Source: Eggerthellaceae bacterium (GTDB taxonomy: Bacteria; Bacillota; Clostridia; Christensenellales; UBA1242). From it: a DNA stretch of 64,000 nt. The stretch is taken from NCBI GenBank assembly GCA_963602685.1, contig CAVCJG010000003.1, positions 560 through 64,559 on the forward strand. The letters run 5' to 3'. The notes beneath the pieces were generated by a model that ran no database searches, was not told where the DNA came from, and saw nothing but the letters and a program-made list of their open reading frames with translations. Made by a program: the position numbers and the translations under genes. Shown piece after piece: positions 16,774 through 29,600 of the stretch (position 1 is its first letter; every line of letters begins with the position of its first letter).

Positions 16774-19700
16774 TTATTCGTCGTCAAAATCGCCAAAATC
16801 GTCGAAGAGGTCAGCTGTATCCATAACTGATGAAGCGGTTTCTTCTTCAAAAGATTGTTTTATTTCATCTTCCTCTTCAGGTTTTTCTGCTTCTTTTGCA
16901 AGAAGTTCGTCAAAATCAAGAGAAATATCATCAAAGTTGTGTTCAGCTTCAACAGTTGGAAGATGTTGATCTTGTTCATCCATTGAAAGTTCGTTGATTG
17001 AGATTTCTTGATTGTTGTCAGTAAGAATCTTGATATCAAGTCCAAGAGATTGCAATTCTTTAACCAAAACTTTGAATGATTCTGGGATTCCAGGTTCTGC
17101 AATAGGTTGTCCTTTGATGATCGATTCGTAAGTTTTTGTTCTTCCTGTGACATCATCAGATTTAATGGTGAGCATTTCTTGAAGAACATGGCTTGCGCCG
17201 TAAGCTTCAAGAGCCCAAACTTCCATTTCACCAAATCTTTGTCCACCGAACAATGATTTACCTCCAAGAGGCTGTTGAGTGATGAGTGAGTAAGAACCGA
17301 TTGAACGAGCATGGATTTTAGAGTCAACCATGTGTTCAAGTTTAAGCATATATTTGTATCCGACAGTAGTAAGGTTGTCAAAAGGTTCGCCTGTTCTTCC
17401 GTCGTAAAGTTGAACTTTTCCGTTTTCTGGGAAGTTGTTGTTAACCAAAAGTTCTTTAATTTGGTTGATGTCTGCTCCGTCGAAAGTTGGAGTAGCGATC
17501 TTCCAGCCAAGAGAACCAGCAACAAGTCCAAGGTGGGTTTCAAGAAGCTGTCCGATATTCATACGAGAAGTAACACCAAGTGGGTTAAGAAGAATATCAA
17601 GAGGTCTTCCGTTTGCCATATAAGGCATATCGTTTTCAGGCATGATGATTGAAACAACACCCTTGTTTCCGTAACGTCCTGCCATTTTATCACCGACAGA
17701 AAGTTTACGTTTTTGAGCGACAGTAACTTTAACCATCATATTTACGCCAGCTTCAAGTTCGTCTTTGTTTTTCTTTGAGAAGACTTGAACGTCAACGACA
17801 ACACCTTCTTTACCGTGTTTAACACGAAGAGATGTATCTCTAACTTCTCTTGCCTTATCTCCGAAGATTGCACGGAGAAGTCTTTCTTCAGGTGTAAGTT
17901 CGGTTTCGCCCTTAGGTGTAACCTTTCCTACCAAGATGTCGCCTGAACGAACTTCAGCGCCGACTCTTACGATACCGTTTTCGTCAAGGTTTTTGAGTGC
18001 TTCTTCACCAAGGTTAGGAATATCACGAGTGATAACTTCGTCACCAAGTTTAGTGTTTCTGCAGCTGATTTCTTCTTCTTTAAGAATGATTGTTGTATAA
18101 ACGTCTTCTTTAACCAAACGTTCGTTGATCAAAATAGCGTCTTCGAAGTTGTATCCTTGCCAGTTCATATAACCAACAAGAACGTTTTTACCAAGGGCAA
18201 GTTCACCATTGTTACAGCCGTAGCCGTCATAGATTACATCGCCTTCTTTAACTTTTTCGCCTTTCTTAACGCAAGGTTTTTGGTTGTTACAAGTTTCGTT
18301 GTTTGTTTTTTCGAATTTTGTAAGAGGATAGATATCTTCGTCACCTTTTTCGGTTAAAACTCTGATTTCATCTGCACTTACATATGAAACTGTTCCGGCG
18401 TGTTTAGCAAGTCCAAGCGCTCCGCTGTCTCTTGCTGCACGATATTCCATACCTGTTCCAACGATTGGTGCTTCTGGTCTCAAAACAGGAACAGCCTGTC
18501 TTTGCATGTTTGCACCCATCAAAACACGGTTTACTTCGTTTGAGTTGATGAATGGAATAAGTGCGCTGGCTACTGAAATGAATTGACGTGGTGAAACATC
18601 CATATAGTCGATTTGGCTTGCAGGAACTTCACCCATTGTCGCGCCGTGACGAGCCATAACACGTTTGTTTACAAATCTTCCGTTTTCATCAAGTGGTTCG
18701 GTTGCTTGTGCGATGAAGGCTTTATCTTCGATATCAGCCATCTTGTATTCATATTTCTTTGAAACAATCCCTGTGGCTTTATCAACTGGACGATATGGAG
18801 TTTCAAGGAAACCATATTCGTTTACTTTAACGTAAGTAGCAAGTGTGTCGATAAGACCAATGCTTTGTCCTTCAGGTGTTTCGATTGCGCAGATTCTGCC
18901 GTAGTGAGTATAGTGAATATCACGGATACCAACGTCTGCTCTTTCCTTCTTTACACCGCCAGGGCCGACAGCCGAGATACGACGTTTTTGTGAAAGGCCT
19001 GAAAGAGGGTTGTTTTGATCCATAAGTTGTGAAAGTTGAGATTGAGTAACAAAATCTTTAAGCGCTTTGTTGATTGGTTTTGGATTGATGATTTGTGATG
19101 GAGTAACTTCTGAAAGTTCTTTTCCTTGAAGAGACTCTTTAATGTTTTGTGTGAGTTTTTGAACACCTGAACGGAACGCTTTACAAAGAAGTTCGCCAAC
19201 TGTTGAAAGACGTTTGTTTGAAAGGTGGTCGACTTTGTCAATAGATCCGATTCCTTCAAGGCAATCAAGATAAACACTGATTGTAGCCAAGATATCGTCC
19301 ATTGTAAGTGTTGTTGTAATAAGGTTTTTAGCGTTTGCTTTAATAGCTTCAAGACGTTTTTCTTTTGTCTTGTTTTCTTTCATGATTTGCATGAGAGTTG
19401 GATAGTAAACTTCTTCAGTGATTCCAAGTGCTCTTTCGTCGCAAGGGATAACTGCTGAAAGTCTAACTCTTCCGTTACCTCTCATAAGGTGTTTTTTGCC
19501 GTTTACTTGAACCCAAACTTCATTGATTCCAGCATCTTGAACTTTTCTTGCTGACTCTTCTGTAAAGATTTCGCCTGCTTTAACCAAAACTTCATCTTTA
19601 ACAGCAATGTTTTCAAAGCTTACAAGTCCAGGAAGTCTGTTTGCAAGGTCAAGACGGTTGTTAAACTTAAATCTACCAACATTTGCAAGGTTGTAATAAG

Positions 19701-20484
19701 CATCTGTAAAGAAGAATGCGTTGAGATAGTTTCTTGTTGATTCTGCTGATGGAACATCAGTAGGACGAGATTTTCTAGCAAATTCAAGCAATGCTTCATC
19801 TTGTGTTTGTTGAGGTTCGCGGTCTAATGCTGCTTTGATGTATTTGTTTCCACCAAAGAGTTTGTCAATTTCGGCACTTGTAAAGCCGAAGCACTTTAAG
19901 AACAAGCCGATTGAGAATTTGTGCTGTCTGTCAACAACCATTTTTACAGCTTCGTTTGCGCCTTGTTCGATTTCAAGCCACATACCTCTTTCAGGAATCA
20001 TTTGTGCACGAAGTGTTGAGTTGTCTTCTTTTTCTCTTGTAAGATAAACACTTGGTGAACGAACGATTTGAGAAATAATAACTCTTTCGATTCCGTTTGT
20101 AAGGAATGAGCCGTTTTCGCTCATAAGAGGAACATCGCCAAAGAATACTTCTTGTTCAACAGCCTCACCTGTTTCTTCAATGACAAATCTAGCCTTTACT
20201 TTAAGTGGAACCGAATAAGAAGCACCTCTTCTTTTGCACTCTTTAATAGAGTATTTAGGTTCACCAGCAAGACTGAAGTCTAAGAAATAGAGTTTAGCTT
20301 TCAAGCTGTAGTCAACTACAGGTGAAAACTCATCAAGCACTGATCTGATGCCATTTTCAATAAAGTTTTTGTAAGAACTTTTTTGAATGTCCAATAAGTC
20401 TGGAATTGGAACAATATCATCGAGTTTTGCGAAAGAATATCTTTCTGTTTTTCCAAATTTTTGTTTTTTAAGTGTTAATGACAT
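16774..20484 (-). CDS. rpoB: DNA-directed RNA polymerase subunit beta
   Basis: The track ORF is 1260 aa. I place the start at ATG 20484 (MSLTLKKQKFGKTERYSFAKL...), which has an AAGGAGAGG RBS, giving 1236 aa. Conserved blocks include GDKMAGRYGNKGVVS and FGEMEVWALEAYGA. The C-terminal tail is acidic. Confidence 0.97.
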   Translation of the reverse strand: MSLTLKKQKFGKTERYSFAKLDDIVPIPDLLDIQKSSYKNFIENGIRSVLDEFSPVVDYSLKAKLYFLDFSLAGEPKYSIKECKRRGASYSVPLKVKARFVIEETGEAVEQEVFFGDVPLMSENGSFLTNGIERVIISQIVRSPSVYLTREKEDNSTLRAQMIPERGMWLEIEQGANEAVKMVVDRQHKFSIGLFLKCFGFTSAEIDKLFGGNKYIKAALDREPQQTQDEALLEFARKSRPTDVPSAESTRNYLNAFFFTDAYYNLANVGRFKFNNRLDLANRLPGLVSFENIAVKDEVLVKAGEIFTEESARKVQDAGINEVWVQVNGKKHLMRGNGRVRLSAVIPCDERALGITEEVYYPTLMQIMKENKTKEKRLEAIKANAKNLITTTLTMDDILATISVYLDCLEGIGSIDKVDHLSNKRLSTVGELLCKAFRSGVQKLTQNIKESLQGKELSEVTPSQIINPKPINKALKDFVTQSQLSQLMDQNNPLSGLSQKRRISAVGPGGVKKERADVGIRDIHYTHYGRICAIETPEGQSIGLIDTLATYVKVNEYGFLETPYRPVDKATGIVSKKYEYKMADIEDKAFIAQATEPLDENGRFVNKRVMARHGATMGEVPASQIDYMDVSPRQFISVASALIPFINSNEVNRVLMGANMQRQAVPVLRPEAPIVGTGMEYRAARDSGALGLAKHAGTVSYVSADEIRVLTEKGDEDIYPLTKFEKTNNETCNNQKPCVKKGEKVKEGDVIYDGYGCNNGELALGKNVLVGYMNWQGYNFEDAILINERLVKEDVYTTIILKEEEISCRNTKLGDEVITRDIPNLGEEALKNLDENGIVRVGAEVRSGDILVGKVTPKGETELTPEERLLRAIFGDKAREVRDTSLRVKHGKEGVVVDVQVFSKKNKDELEAGVNMMVKVTVAQKRKLSVGDKMAGRYGNKGVVSIIMPENDMPYMANGRPLDILLNPLGVTSRMNIGQLLETHLGLVAGSLGWKIATPTFDGADINQIKELLVNNNFPENGKVQLYDGRTGEPFDNLTTVGYKYMLKLEHMVDSKIHARSIGSYSLITQQPLGGKSLFGGQRFGEMEVWALEAYGASHVLQEMLTIKSDDVTGRTKTYESIIKGQPIAEPGIPESFKVLVKELQSLGLDIKILTDNNQEISINELSMDEQDQHLPTVEAEHNFDDISLDFDELLAKEAEKPEEEDEIKQSFEEETASSVMDTADLFDDFGDFDDE

Positions 20485-20524
20485 ACCGCCTCTCCTTAAA
20501 TGCTTAATGCTGCAATATAAAGAC

Positions 20525-20570
20525 AAAAAAAAGGGTATAAAGCACGCAAAAAGCATGCTTTAAAATACCC
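20525..20570 (-). terminator. Strong hairpin plus T8 between the giant gene and the rpoB start (terminator/attenuator in the rpoB leader)
   Basis: On the minus strand: gggtat(ttt)aaagcatgc-ttttt-gcgtgctttataccc, about 15 bp with one G-U pair and a 3-nt bulge, followed by TTTTTTTT (plus-strand A-run at 20525-20532). It ends about 40 nt upstream of ATG 20484. Confidence 0.6.
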
Positions 20571-20624
20571 TTAATTTAATTATAAATAATCCACCAATCT
20601 CAACTTGCGCATATTGTTAAGATA

Positions 20625-20653
20625 ATACTATCATAATTGCAATTTTTTGTCAA
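20625..20653 (-). promoter_or_regulatory. Candidate sigma-A promoter upstream of the rpoB leader hairpin
   Basis: On the minus strand: TTGACA (20653-20648), a 17-nt spacer, then TGaTAGTAT (TAGTAT at 20630-20625). Confidence 0.4.
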
Positions 20654-20694
20654 CTACTTTTTTAACATTTTTTCTAGAAAAATCAGTAAAAATC

Positions 20695-23600
20695 TTAACC
20701 AACAAGTTCTAAACTTTCTTCAAATTTAAGATAAGATAATTGGTTATTTGCGGCCTTCCAACCGTCAACGCCATTGAATAAGTTCCAATACAACTTAAAT
20801 GTTTCCAGTTTATCGCCAGCCGTCTCTTTAAATTTTTCATTAACTTCTGTCGACCCAGCTACCCTCGCCTTTGCATACAAATCTGTTCCATATTCATTTT
20901 GATTTGCAGTTATTGAAATCTTTTCATATTTTCTAGCCATTAAAGTTGTATAGCCTTTATCTAAAATATCGCCACTTTCCAATTCGAAAATTGATGAGTT
21001 ATAAACTCCTGAGACAGTTGCGCCTGTTGTGCTATTCGTCTTGTAGTCTATTACTCTTGCAACGGCATTCTCTTTCGCCAATGTTTCACTATTTCCAGTG
21101 CAATCCTCCGTTCCTGTTACATAGAAATCATATAACTTCGGTGGAGTAGCTGCGTTATTATGTGCTCTATAGACCTGTGAAGTTGTGTTAGTCGATGATT
21201 TATCTTCAAGTGTGATGTTGTAATAAGTTGTGGTATAAATATTTTTGAGATTGATAATTGATTTATTATCGCTGTCGTCGTTGGTTGCGCCGATAATTCC
21301 ACCAAAATTTGCTTTTATTTGTGTCGAATATGTGTAAGTTTTGATGGTAATATCTGCAAGATTGTAAGCATTTGCGATTGTTGCATTTGCATTATCTCCC
21401 ACCTTTCCTATAAGCCCGCCGACAACAGGTGTCGCGTTTTGTCCTTCCATGCTAAGTTCGTTTGCCCTGCACGCTGCTGATGTCATTGTCAATGTTGCTC
21501 CGTCTGAAACTTGACCAACAATTCCGCCGAGCACATTTTTAGCGCTAAGGTTTCCGGCAACTACAACTTGACTAATCTTGTTGCCCGTGCCACTTACTTG
21601 ACCGACAATTCCGCCGACATAGTTTACTGTGTTAATTTCAACCGACGCGGTTGGTTGGTTTCCGATTGCAAAACCTTGGCTTGTGTAAGCAGTAGTGATT
21701 TCACCGCCATTAAGCAAGCCCGCAATTCCGCCGATAGCGGTTGCTGCGAAAGGTTTTAATGCAAACAGTTCTTCTGTTCCATCAACCACATTTGCGTATC
21801 CATAAACATAAGTATCATAAAGTTTACCTTTAATTTCGCCCGCGATAAGTCCGGCATATCTATAAGGTTTCATTCTCATAGCAGTGTTCATATAAAGGTA
21901 AGAATTTCTGATCGTTGCATCTTTTGCAACTCCGCCATACATAAATCCTGCTTTGCCACCAATTATGTTTGATGCTGCGCGGTTTACATAGGCATTTTTG
22001 ATTGTTCCGCTGCCCGAAACGTATCCTGCGATTCCGCCAACAAACGAAATATTGTCATAGTTTGAGCCTTCTTTTTCAAAATCGATTTGACTCTTATCTG
22101 ATGGCACGTTTGTTGCGAATGCGCCGATAAGTGAGCGAACATTTTTAATATTGAAGCTGTTTTTGGTGAGCCCAACAACACCGCCGACAATATTTTTGCC
22201 CGTAACGGTTGTAAGTTCGTCGGTCACATCTGCTTCTTCACCCGAACTTGCACCATAAATGTTGATGTTGTAAATGTTGGCGTTTTGAGCACGTCCAACA
22301 AGCCCACCAACTTCTGAAGCGTTGTTAAAGACAACTTCTTTTGGAATCAAGTTAAGGTTCATAATTGAAGCATTGATGCCACTTGCCGCACCCGTGATGC
22401 TTCCAAACAATCCGGCATAATCCAATTTTTCATTTGATGAAAGAGTGATGCCACTGATTGTCATATCGTTTGCTTCAAAGTTTCCTTTCATGTCGATTGT
22501 GTAAAGACGTGAATAGTCCGAAGCAAGCGATGAGTAATCTATTGGACAAACAAGTCTATAATTGCCACTTGCAATTTTGTTGTTTGTGACAAAATAGTTT
22601 TCCATTGTTTCTGGAGAGTAAATCACGTATGGGTTGAATACACTTCCGTCATCTGGAGTATCTTTTGCAGTTGCATAAATGTAAACTGCAATTCCGTCTG
22701 AGTTGAGTGTTGTTCTAACGTGTTCTTTCTTGCTTGTGGCAACAATGTTTGCACTTGCAAGTTCCAATCTATTGCCAGCAAATTGCTGTGATGGGAACGC
22801 GCTTGAAATATTGCCATCGCTGAAGAACCAAACTGTGTTGTAGCTTGGCACTTGGGCATACGAATATTCGCCAAAGTATTCAGCAATGTTTTTAAAATCG
22901 TTCTGTGTAACAGTTATCGAATTGTCCTTGACTTCTTCATTGTAAAGCAAGGCGGTGATACCTGCGTGCGCCAAAGGTGAAAGTGTTTTGTTGATTCTTG
23001 TTCCTTTGATATAATAGCAGTTTTCAAACGTTCCAATGCCCTCACCTGCAAAATAGAAGTTTGTTGCACTGTTGTCGTTTGTGATTTTGCTTGTAGAGAA
23101 ACTGCGAATGATTTTTCCGTTGTTGTTAAACGCAAATCCTGCGCAACGTGAAGTTGTAACCAAAGGTATATTTGAATAGCAATCTCTGATTGTTCCTTCG
23201 TTTCTGAAAATGAATCCGCCAACCGGAACACTCGAATCAAGAATGCTTCCGTCTATTTCCATAGAGTAGATTCTGTCGCCGCTTACAACACCTGACGAAT
23301 AACTTGTGACAATCACAGCGCTTTCGCTGTTGACTGCAGCAACTCCGCCCACTCCAAAGATGTCGTTGTAAATTGATTTGTTTGTCAATTTTCCGTTTTT
23401 GAAAAGTGATGATGCGACTGTGCCTTGGTTTGAACCAACAACACCACCCATGCTTACAACCGATTCGATCACAATGTGTGATTGGCTGTGAGTGATGTAA
23501 CCGCTGTTTTGTCCAACAACACCGCCGAAATAGTAACCTTCGGTTGAAGGTGTGTTTTTAAACGCAAGCGAACTTGACACTCCGCCATTTACAATCTTTG

Positions 23601-26600
23601 CATTTGTGATTGTTCCGCTGTTAGAGCCAGCCACAAAGCCAAAGTTAATGGCAGAAGTTGCCGAAGAATTGAATGTGACATAGTCAACTTCTTCGCTTCC
23701 CGTTTGAATTGTGATATTTTTAATAATTGTGCCTGAATTAACTGTTCCAAAAAGTCCGACTGAATTTGTTGTTCCAAGTTCATATGTTGCATCGTCAAAT
23801 ATAAACTTATAACTATTTCCGTCAAAGTATTTGATTGCTGTGTTTAATGGAGTAAATTCATCAGCAGGAACATGAATATCTTGCAACTGAATGTAATATC
23901 CGCCTTGTTCCATCTCTAAAAATTCTTTATAGGTGGTTACAGGGTTAGGACTCTCTTCCGAGCCTCTCATGTAAGAATAAACATCAAATTGAGAGTTAAT
24001 TACAAGAGCGTCTTGTTCGTTTTCATAAACATATTTTCCCCCGCTCACTTTGTAGTGTCCGCTGTATGTGAAGTAATATCTTCTTACAACTTGTGGATCG
24101 TGAGATTGCAAAGTTGTAAGAGCAAGGTCTGAAATTTTAAGATATCTAATATTGAAATCTTCGTGCTCTGTAATAACCGATTTTGTTGAATTTACATTCG
24201 AAATTGGCAAAGCAAGAGTAGGTTCACCGCTTGCGTTGTTTTGGTTAAGGTCGGTGTAAATCGTCCAAGTTCCTTTTGTTGAAAGTTCGTTAAGGAACGA
24301 AGCCACCATAGCCGCAACTGTGTTGTTTTCATGGTCGTATTCAACGAGCCCGTCAAACGAAATTGCAAGCTGTTTTTTATCTCCAACTGCAGTTGTCAAC
24401 ACGCCGTTGCTTGTTCCAGAAACAATATCTTGCGCTGTTTGATTGTCATAGTTAATGACATATTCCAAAATATTCAAGTTTAATTCGCAAGTATCAACAA
24501 CGCTTCCGCCAAAGTCATCGACTTTGCTTGCCGAAAGAGTCAATGTGAATGGCAATCCCGTAGTGCTATTTGAATAAGAGATTGTATCATTAGTGATTTT
24601 TACATAATATTTCCCATCACGATTTATGATGGCAGCCTGTTGAGGCTTATTTGATGTCAATAATACTGTGCTTTCGTCATAGCCAATCGTCGACACATCA
24701 AGTTCGTATTCAAGGCCACGAGCAACAAATGTTTTGTTTGTAAATCCTGTAAGACCAAGTTTAACCCCGTCTTTCTTATAGAATTTATAGCTTGCTGTTC
24801 TTGAAAGGTCTCCGCCTGTTTGTCTTACAGTGACATCAATTCCAACTGGAGTTCCGTCTTCAACATCTTTATTTGAGAAAATGTATCTAACGAAAATTTG
24901 ACCTTGATAGTTTGCTTTGTTGCTTTGATCTGCAAAGAATTTTTCAAGATTTGATTTTGAAATTTTAACTCCGCCGTCGATTGATTCTGCGTTTGGAATA
25001 ACTTTAAACTCGTCATTAACCATCATTCCAATAACAAATGTTCCTTGGCTTGCACCATCAAGAGTATTCATTTCGTTGTTTGCAATTTCAACATAGTCAA
25101 AATCAGCATCAAGTGGTGAAAGTGTAACTGAAAGCATTCCCCTAATTCCAGGAACAATGTTGTTTGTCTCTTCTAACACAAGTTTGCCACCGTTTTCGGC
25201 TGCACTCAAAGTGTAATTTGTAAAAGCAATAACATCAACATTTTCTTGAACAAGAAGAATAGGAATTTCTTTCACATATTCTTCATTTGATTTTGCTTGA
25301 AGAATCATCTTGTATTCTTTATAAATGTTTTTGGTGAATCTGTTTATAAATTCTTCAGAAGTTTTATCAACCGAAATTTTAGCATTAAATGTCAGTGCTT
25401 TGCCTGCCACTTTTTCAAAAGTTACATTAAATAATTTTGTTTCTATGCCGGTTTCTTTATCAACAAATTTGACCGCATTTTCTTCGATAACATCATCTTT
25501 ATCGTCTGAGTCAATTACGAACGTATCATTTACAACGATACTTGAAGAAAGAACATAATTTTCATTAAGTGACTTAATTTCTTTTGTCCCTTCATAATAA
25601 TTGATTTTAACATTTTCAAGAGTTGTAATATCAAGATAATATTCTCTGCCATCGATAATTTGTTTCATCGAAGCCTTTAAAGTAATATTATCAGAGGCAT
25701 TTTTGCTGTCTAAAACATCTTTAGTTTTTGTGAAAGTGATGCCATCTCTTGAAGGAGTTGCCGCCCCATAAGTTAATGTTCCGACAACTTCAGCCGTAAC
25801 TGAATGGTTTGATTTTAATTGAATAAGTTGATTTGAAATTCGAACAAGTCCGCTGCGCGAAATCGAAGCCCAAACTCCATTATCGGTGTTGTCACTTTCT
25901 GTATCTTTTGCGACAATGTCTTTCACTTTAAAGTTTGTTTGATAATATGAAGGCGAAATCATAACGTCAACGCCTGCATTTGAGTAAACTTTAAACGAAC
26001 TTTCCGCTCCGAGAACTAAATCTCCAAGTGTGAAAATTCCTGTTTCTGTTTCTTTTTCTGGGTCTGTATTTAAATAAGACTCAATGTTAAAGTAATTTAT
26101 TATATATAAATAAATCTTTTCGTTGTTTTTTCTGTTAAGTAAACTGCTCACTTCAATTTCAGCCACGCCAGTGCCTTTGATGTAAAGTTCGCCAGAAGCC
26201 GAAATTTCAACAAGTGAACTTTTTGATGAAATTGAAATGTCCGAACCTGCTATTTTAATTGGATAAAACTTGCTGTCCAATTTAAGTTTGTTTAAATCGT
26301 CCAAAATGAGTTGTGCTTCATAAACCTGTTCGGTTGTATAACCTTGCGCACCATAATATCCGGCTGCTTCAAAATAATATGCAAATATTACGTTCGAATC
26401 AAATTCTTTTTCACCTACTTGATATTTGAGACGTCTAAATCCGTTTGCAGTATTTGGTCCAACATCAAATGATGTGGTTTGTTTTGCAAAATTATATACT
26501 ACTTTTACAAGGCCTTCGTTTCGAGAAACAAACAAAACGTCGCCGAAGTATTGATCGTTTGTATATTCATAATCAATGCTGTTGTCCAGGCTGATTTCAG

Positions 26601-29600
26601 TTCTGTTTACATAAGAATCAAATGATGTATAGTTTTCTATTGTCGCCGGCCCCTCGCAAATTGCAAGTTTGTGATTTCTCGCATTTTCGCTTTCAAATTC
26701 GAACTTTCCATCGTCGATTGAATTTTGAATCAACACATACATCGAAGCGTAAATGCCCGTGCTTACACCATCATCTGTTGCTTGAATTTTAAATCCTTTT
26801 ATTGGATCGTCAGAAGTGCCTTCCGCAAAAGTGATCGAGCCTTGTGGCGCTTTTACAGCAATAAGTGCAACTTTTTCTCCGCGAACTTGCGTTCTAACTG
26901 TAAATCCATCTATTTTAGTTCCTTTGCCCTCAGCAAAATCAGCAACTATTCCGCCGGCACGCTCAGCATAAAGTTCACCGCCAGCAAGCATATTGAGAAT
27001 TTGTCCACCAGTTTGCTGCGAAGCAACTGCGCCGACTGATCCGGTTGTTACAAATTGACCGTTTTCGTCTTCAACTTTAATAAGTGCATAAACTGAATAA
27101 GCCGAAATGCCAAAGCGACTTGTTACATCTTCTCTTCCCAAGATGCTGCCAGTGCTTTCTCCTGCAATTCCACCTGCGAGAACTTGCAAAGATGTTGAAG
27201 AAATTGTCATAAAGTCTTCATAAATCACGCACATGTTTTGTATTGTGCCATCGTTTTGTCCAACAAGTCCGCCAAAAGTTACAGGGTTTGCTCCTGCTTT
27301 TATGCTACTTTTTGAAATGTATGCGGTTATGTTTTTAAGTTCCCCGCCGCTAGCAAGATTGCTTGCAAGCAAGCCACCAACAACGCTTCCTGTTTGAAGG
27401 TTGATAGAACCTTTAATTGTTAAATTTTCAATTTTTCCTGTTATAGAACTGAATAATCCAAAATTGCCGGTCGCCGAAACATTTTTAATGTTAATTCCAA
27501 CGATTGAAGCATCGTCTGTTCCGACAATCGATCCGGAAAATGCTTTATCGCCGCCAAGAGGCAATTTGCTTGAATATCCGCTTAAATCAATAGTGGTTGA
27601 CAATCTGTAATGCGAGCTCATTGCGGCGTCACTTTCGCCAATAGCAATCACATCTTCGGCCGAACTTAAAACGTAAGGATTTTCTTCTGTTCCGTCCGCA
27701 TAATTGATCATCATTTTAATAATAGAGTTTTCATAGCCTGCGATAATCTTGTCGTCAACATACCACGCTTGTGGAATGATTTGAAGCACTCCCGACAACG
27801 CGCCTGTATGCGTATCATTGAGCACGGCTTCATTTAATTTGATTGTGACAAGTCGGATTCCTTTTCCAACTTCTTTGATAACAATCTCACCTTCATTGAT
27901 CAAAGGTTCGTTGTCTGTGTTGTTGTTTATAAATTTTGCTATAACGTCTGTATTTGTCGCTGCGGCAGGATTTAAATAAACGCCAATTTCATAAGACTTT
28001 TTAGAAGGAGTAAACACCAATTCGTTTGCGCTTATGTTTGTGTAAACTCTTTCAACAAAATCGTATGTCTCACCTTTAATAGTAACTGAGAAGTATTTAG
28101 AAATTCCATATTGTCTGATTGAAGCAAACATAGTAAATGTAAATGTCGCTTTCATATCTTTATTTATAAGGAATGTTCCTGTAATTGTGTCGAATGTTCC
28201 GAAATAATTTATTGCGTCTGGGCCAATCTTATAAGTTTGTCCATAAATCATTCTTGCAAGGTCCGCCGGCTCGTTGTTAAGTGTGTAAGCGTTTGCGCCG
28301 TTTACTGTCCAATAAACGTATCTTTCATTATAGTTTTCGTTGCGCATAACATTTGTGCTTGCGTCACTGCTGGCTGGATCATAAAAACCATATGCGTCCG
28401 CTTGTGGCTCAACCTTTATGCTGAGTCTTGCAGTTTGCAACTCTGGATCGCTGACCATGCTGCCAACATAAAGTGAAATATTGTTAGCCTTGGCATTGAT
28501 TACGCCATCTTTATTTGTATCATAAACGTCCAACGAATAAACTGGAACAAAACTTGTAAAGTTGACTTTTGCAAGTCTTGTAATTGAAGAAACTTTAAAG
28601 TCTTCAACGTTTATTCCCACTGCTTTAAAGTCGATGTAGCCTTCACCGTATTTTGAAGTTGTCACGACATAATTTGTTTTGTCCGATCCTTCAACGGCAA
28701 CTACTCCGACGTTTGAAATAGAATATGTTACTGAGTCAAAAACGCCGCTTCCATTTGAGCTTCCCAAAATCAAGCTTGCTTTTTTGTCATAAACAATTTT
28801 GATGTTGCCATCGCTGTCTTTTTCTGTGGTGTTTTGCATAACGAGTTTCATCTCGTCGCTGTAACCTTCTTCTGGTGCGGTCACTTTTTCAGCGCTTTGA
28901 ACGCCGTCGTTGCCAGTTCCCGCCAGGTTTACAGAAAAGTTGTCAAAAGTATCAATCACACGGAATGTAACAAGTTTTGAAACACCGTTGTCAAGTGTGA
29001 TTTTATATGTAACATCCCCAACTCTTTGAGGAATAATTTTCAATTTTACAATTTTTCCAAGAGCGCTGCCAGCATATTCTTCTTTGCCGTCATAAACAAC
29101 TCTTGCTGCTGTTATTTGACCATCATAATATGAAACAGTTGCATAACCAAAATCATTATCAGTAATCAAGTGTGTAAACACAGCTTCGATTGAAGATGAT
29201 GACACAAAAACACCAGTGCTGTCTTGATTTGGTTTGTATTCATAACCAGTGTTTGGGTTGTCATATTCAAGACGAGTCGCGCCAGTCAAGATTGAGTAGT
29301 TGCACACATACGAGCATTCGTTTCGAATGTAATCACTTACTACTTCAAATTTAATTTGTTTTGGAGATGTTGTCGCTGGAGCATCACTCGCGCCACGAAC
29401 ATAAACTTTTTGTTTTACATCATCAATTTTAAGTTGATAAGTTGTAACGCCTGCTGTGTAAACTTTGTTTTTATATTTGACAATCAAATCGTTGTCGAAT
29501 GTCATTAAAACGTGTTCAAAACTGCTGTCTGTAGCATAAACATCAATGTTAAATTCGCGCCAACCAAATTCGCCATCATAGTGGTTATAAAAGTCATATT

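Noticed and set aside
13154-20047. Many 60-230-aa ORFs in alternative frames or antisense within rpoC and rpoB (for example 13154..13591, 13572..13967, 16860..17543, 18951..19352)
   Set aside because: They lie entirely inside two highly conserved, unambiguous genes. Their low-complexity K/L/F/T-rich translations are typical of off-frame reading of AT-rich DNA, and they have no RBS.
20485-20556. N-terminal extensions offered by the ORF track for rpoB, and likewise for mrr (3765..3869), the lipoprotein (37303..37425), fba (37338..37364), the 615-aa gene (40172..40312), htrA (41324..41347) and the MBL hydrolase (42140..42145)
   Set aside because: In most of these cases an internal ATG has a strong GGAG-type RBS. 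For fba and the MBL hydrolase a -10 box sits 6-7 nt upstream instead. The internal ATGs also give the canonical family N-terminus or a proper lipoprotein signal. The extensions run through promoter, terminator or RBS sequence.
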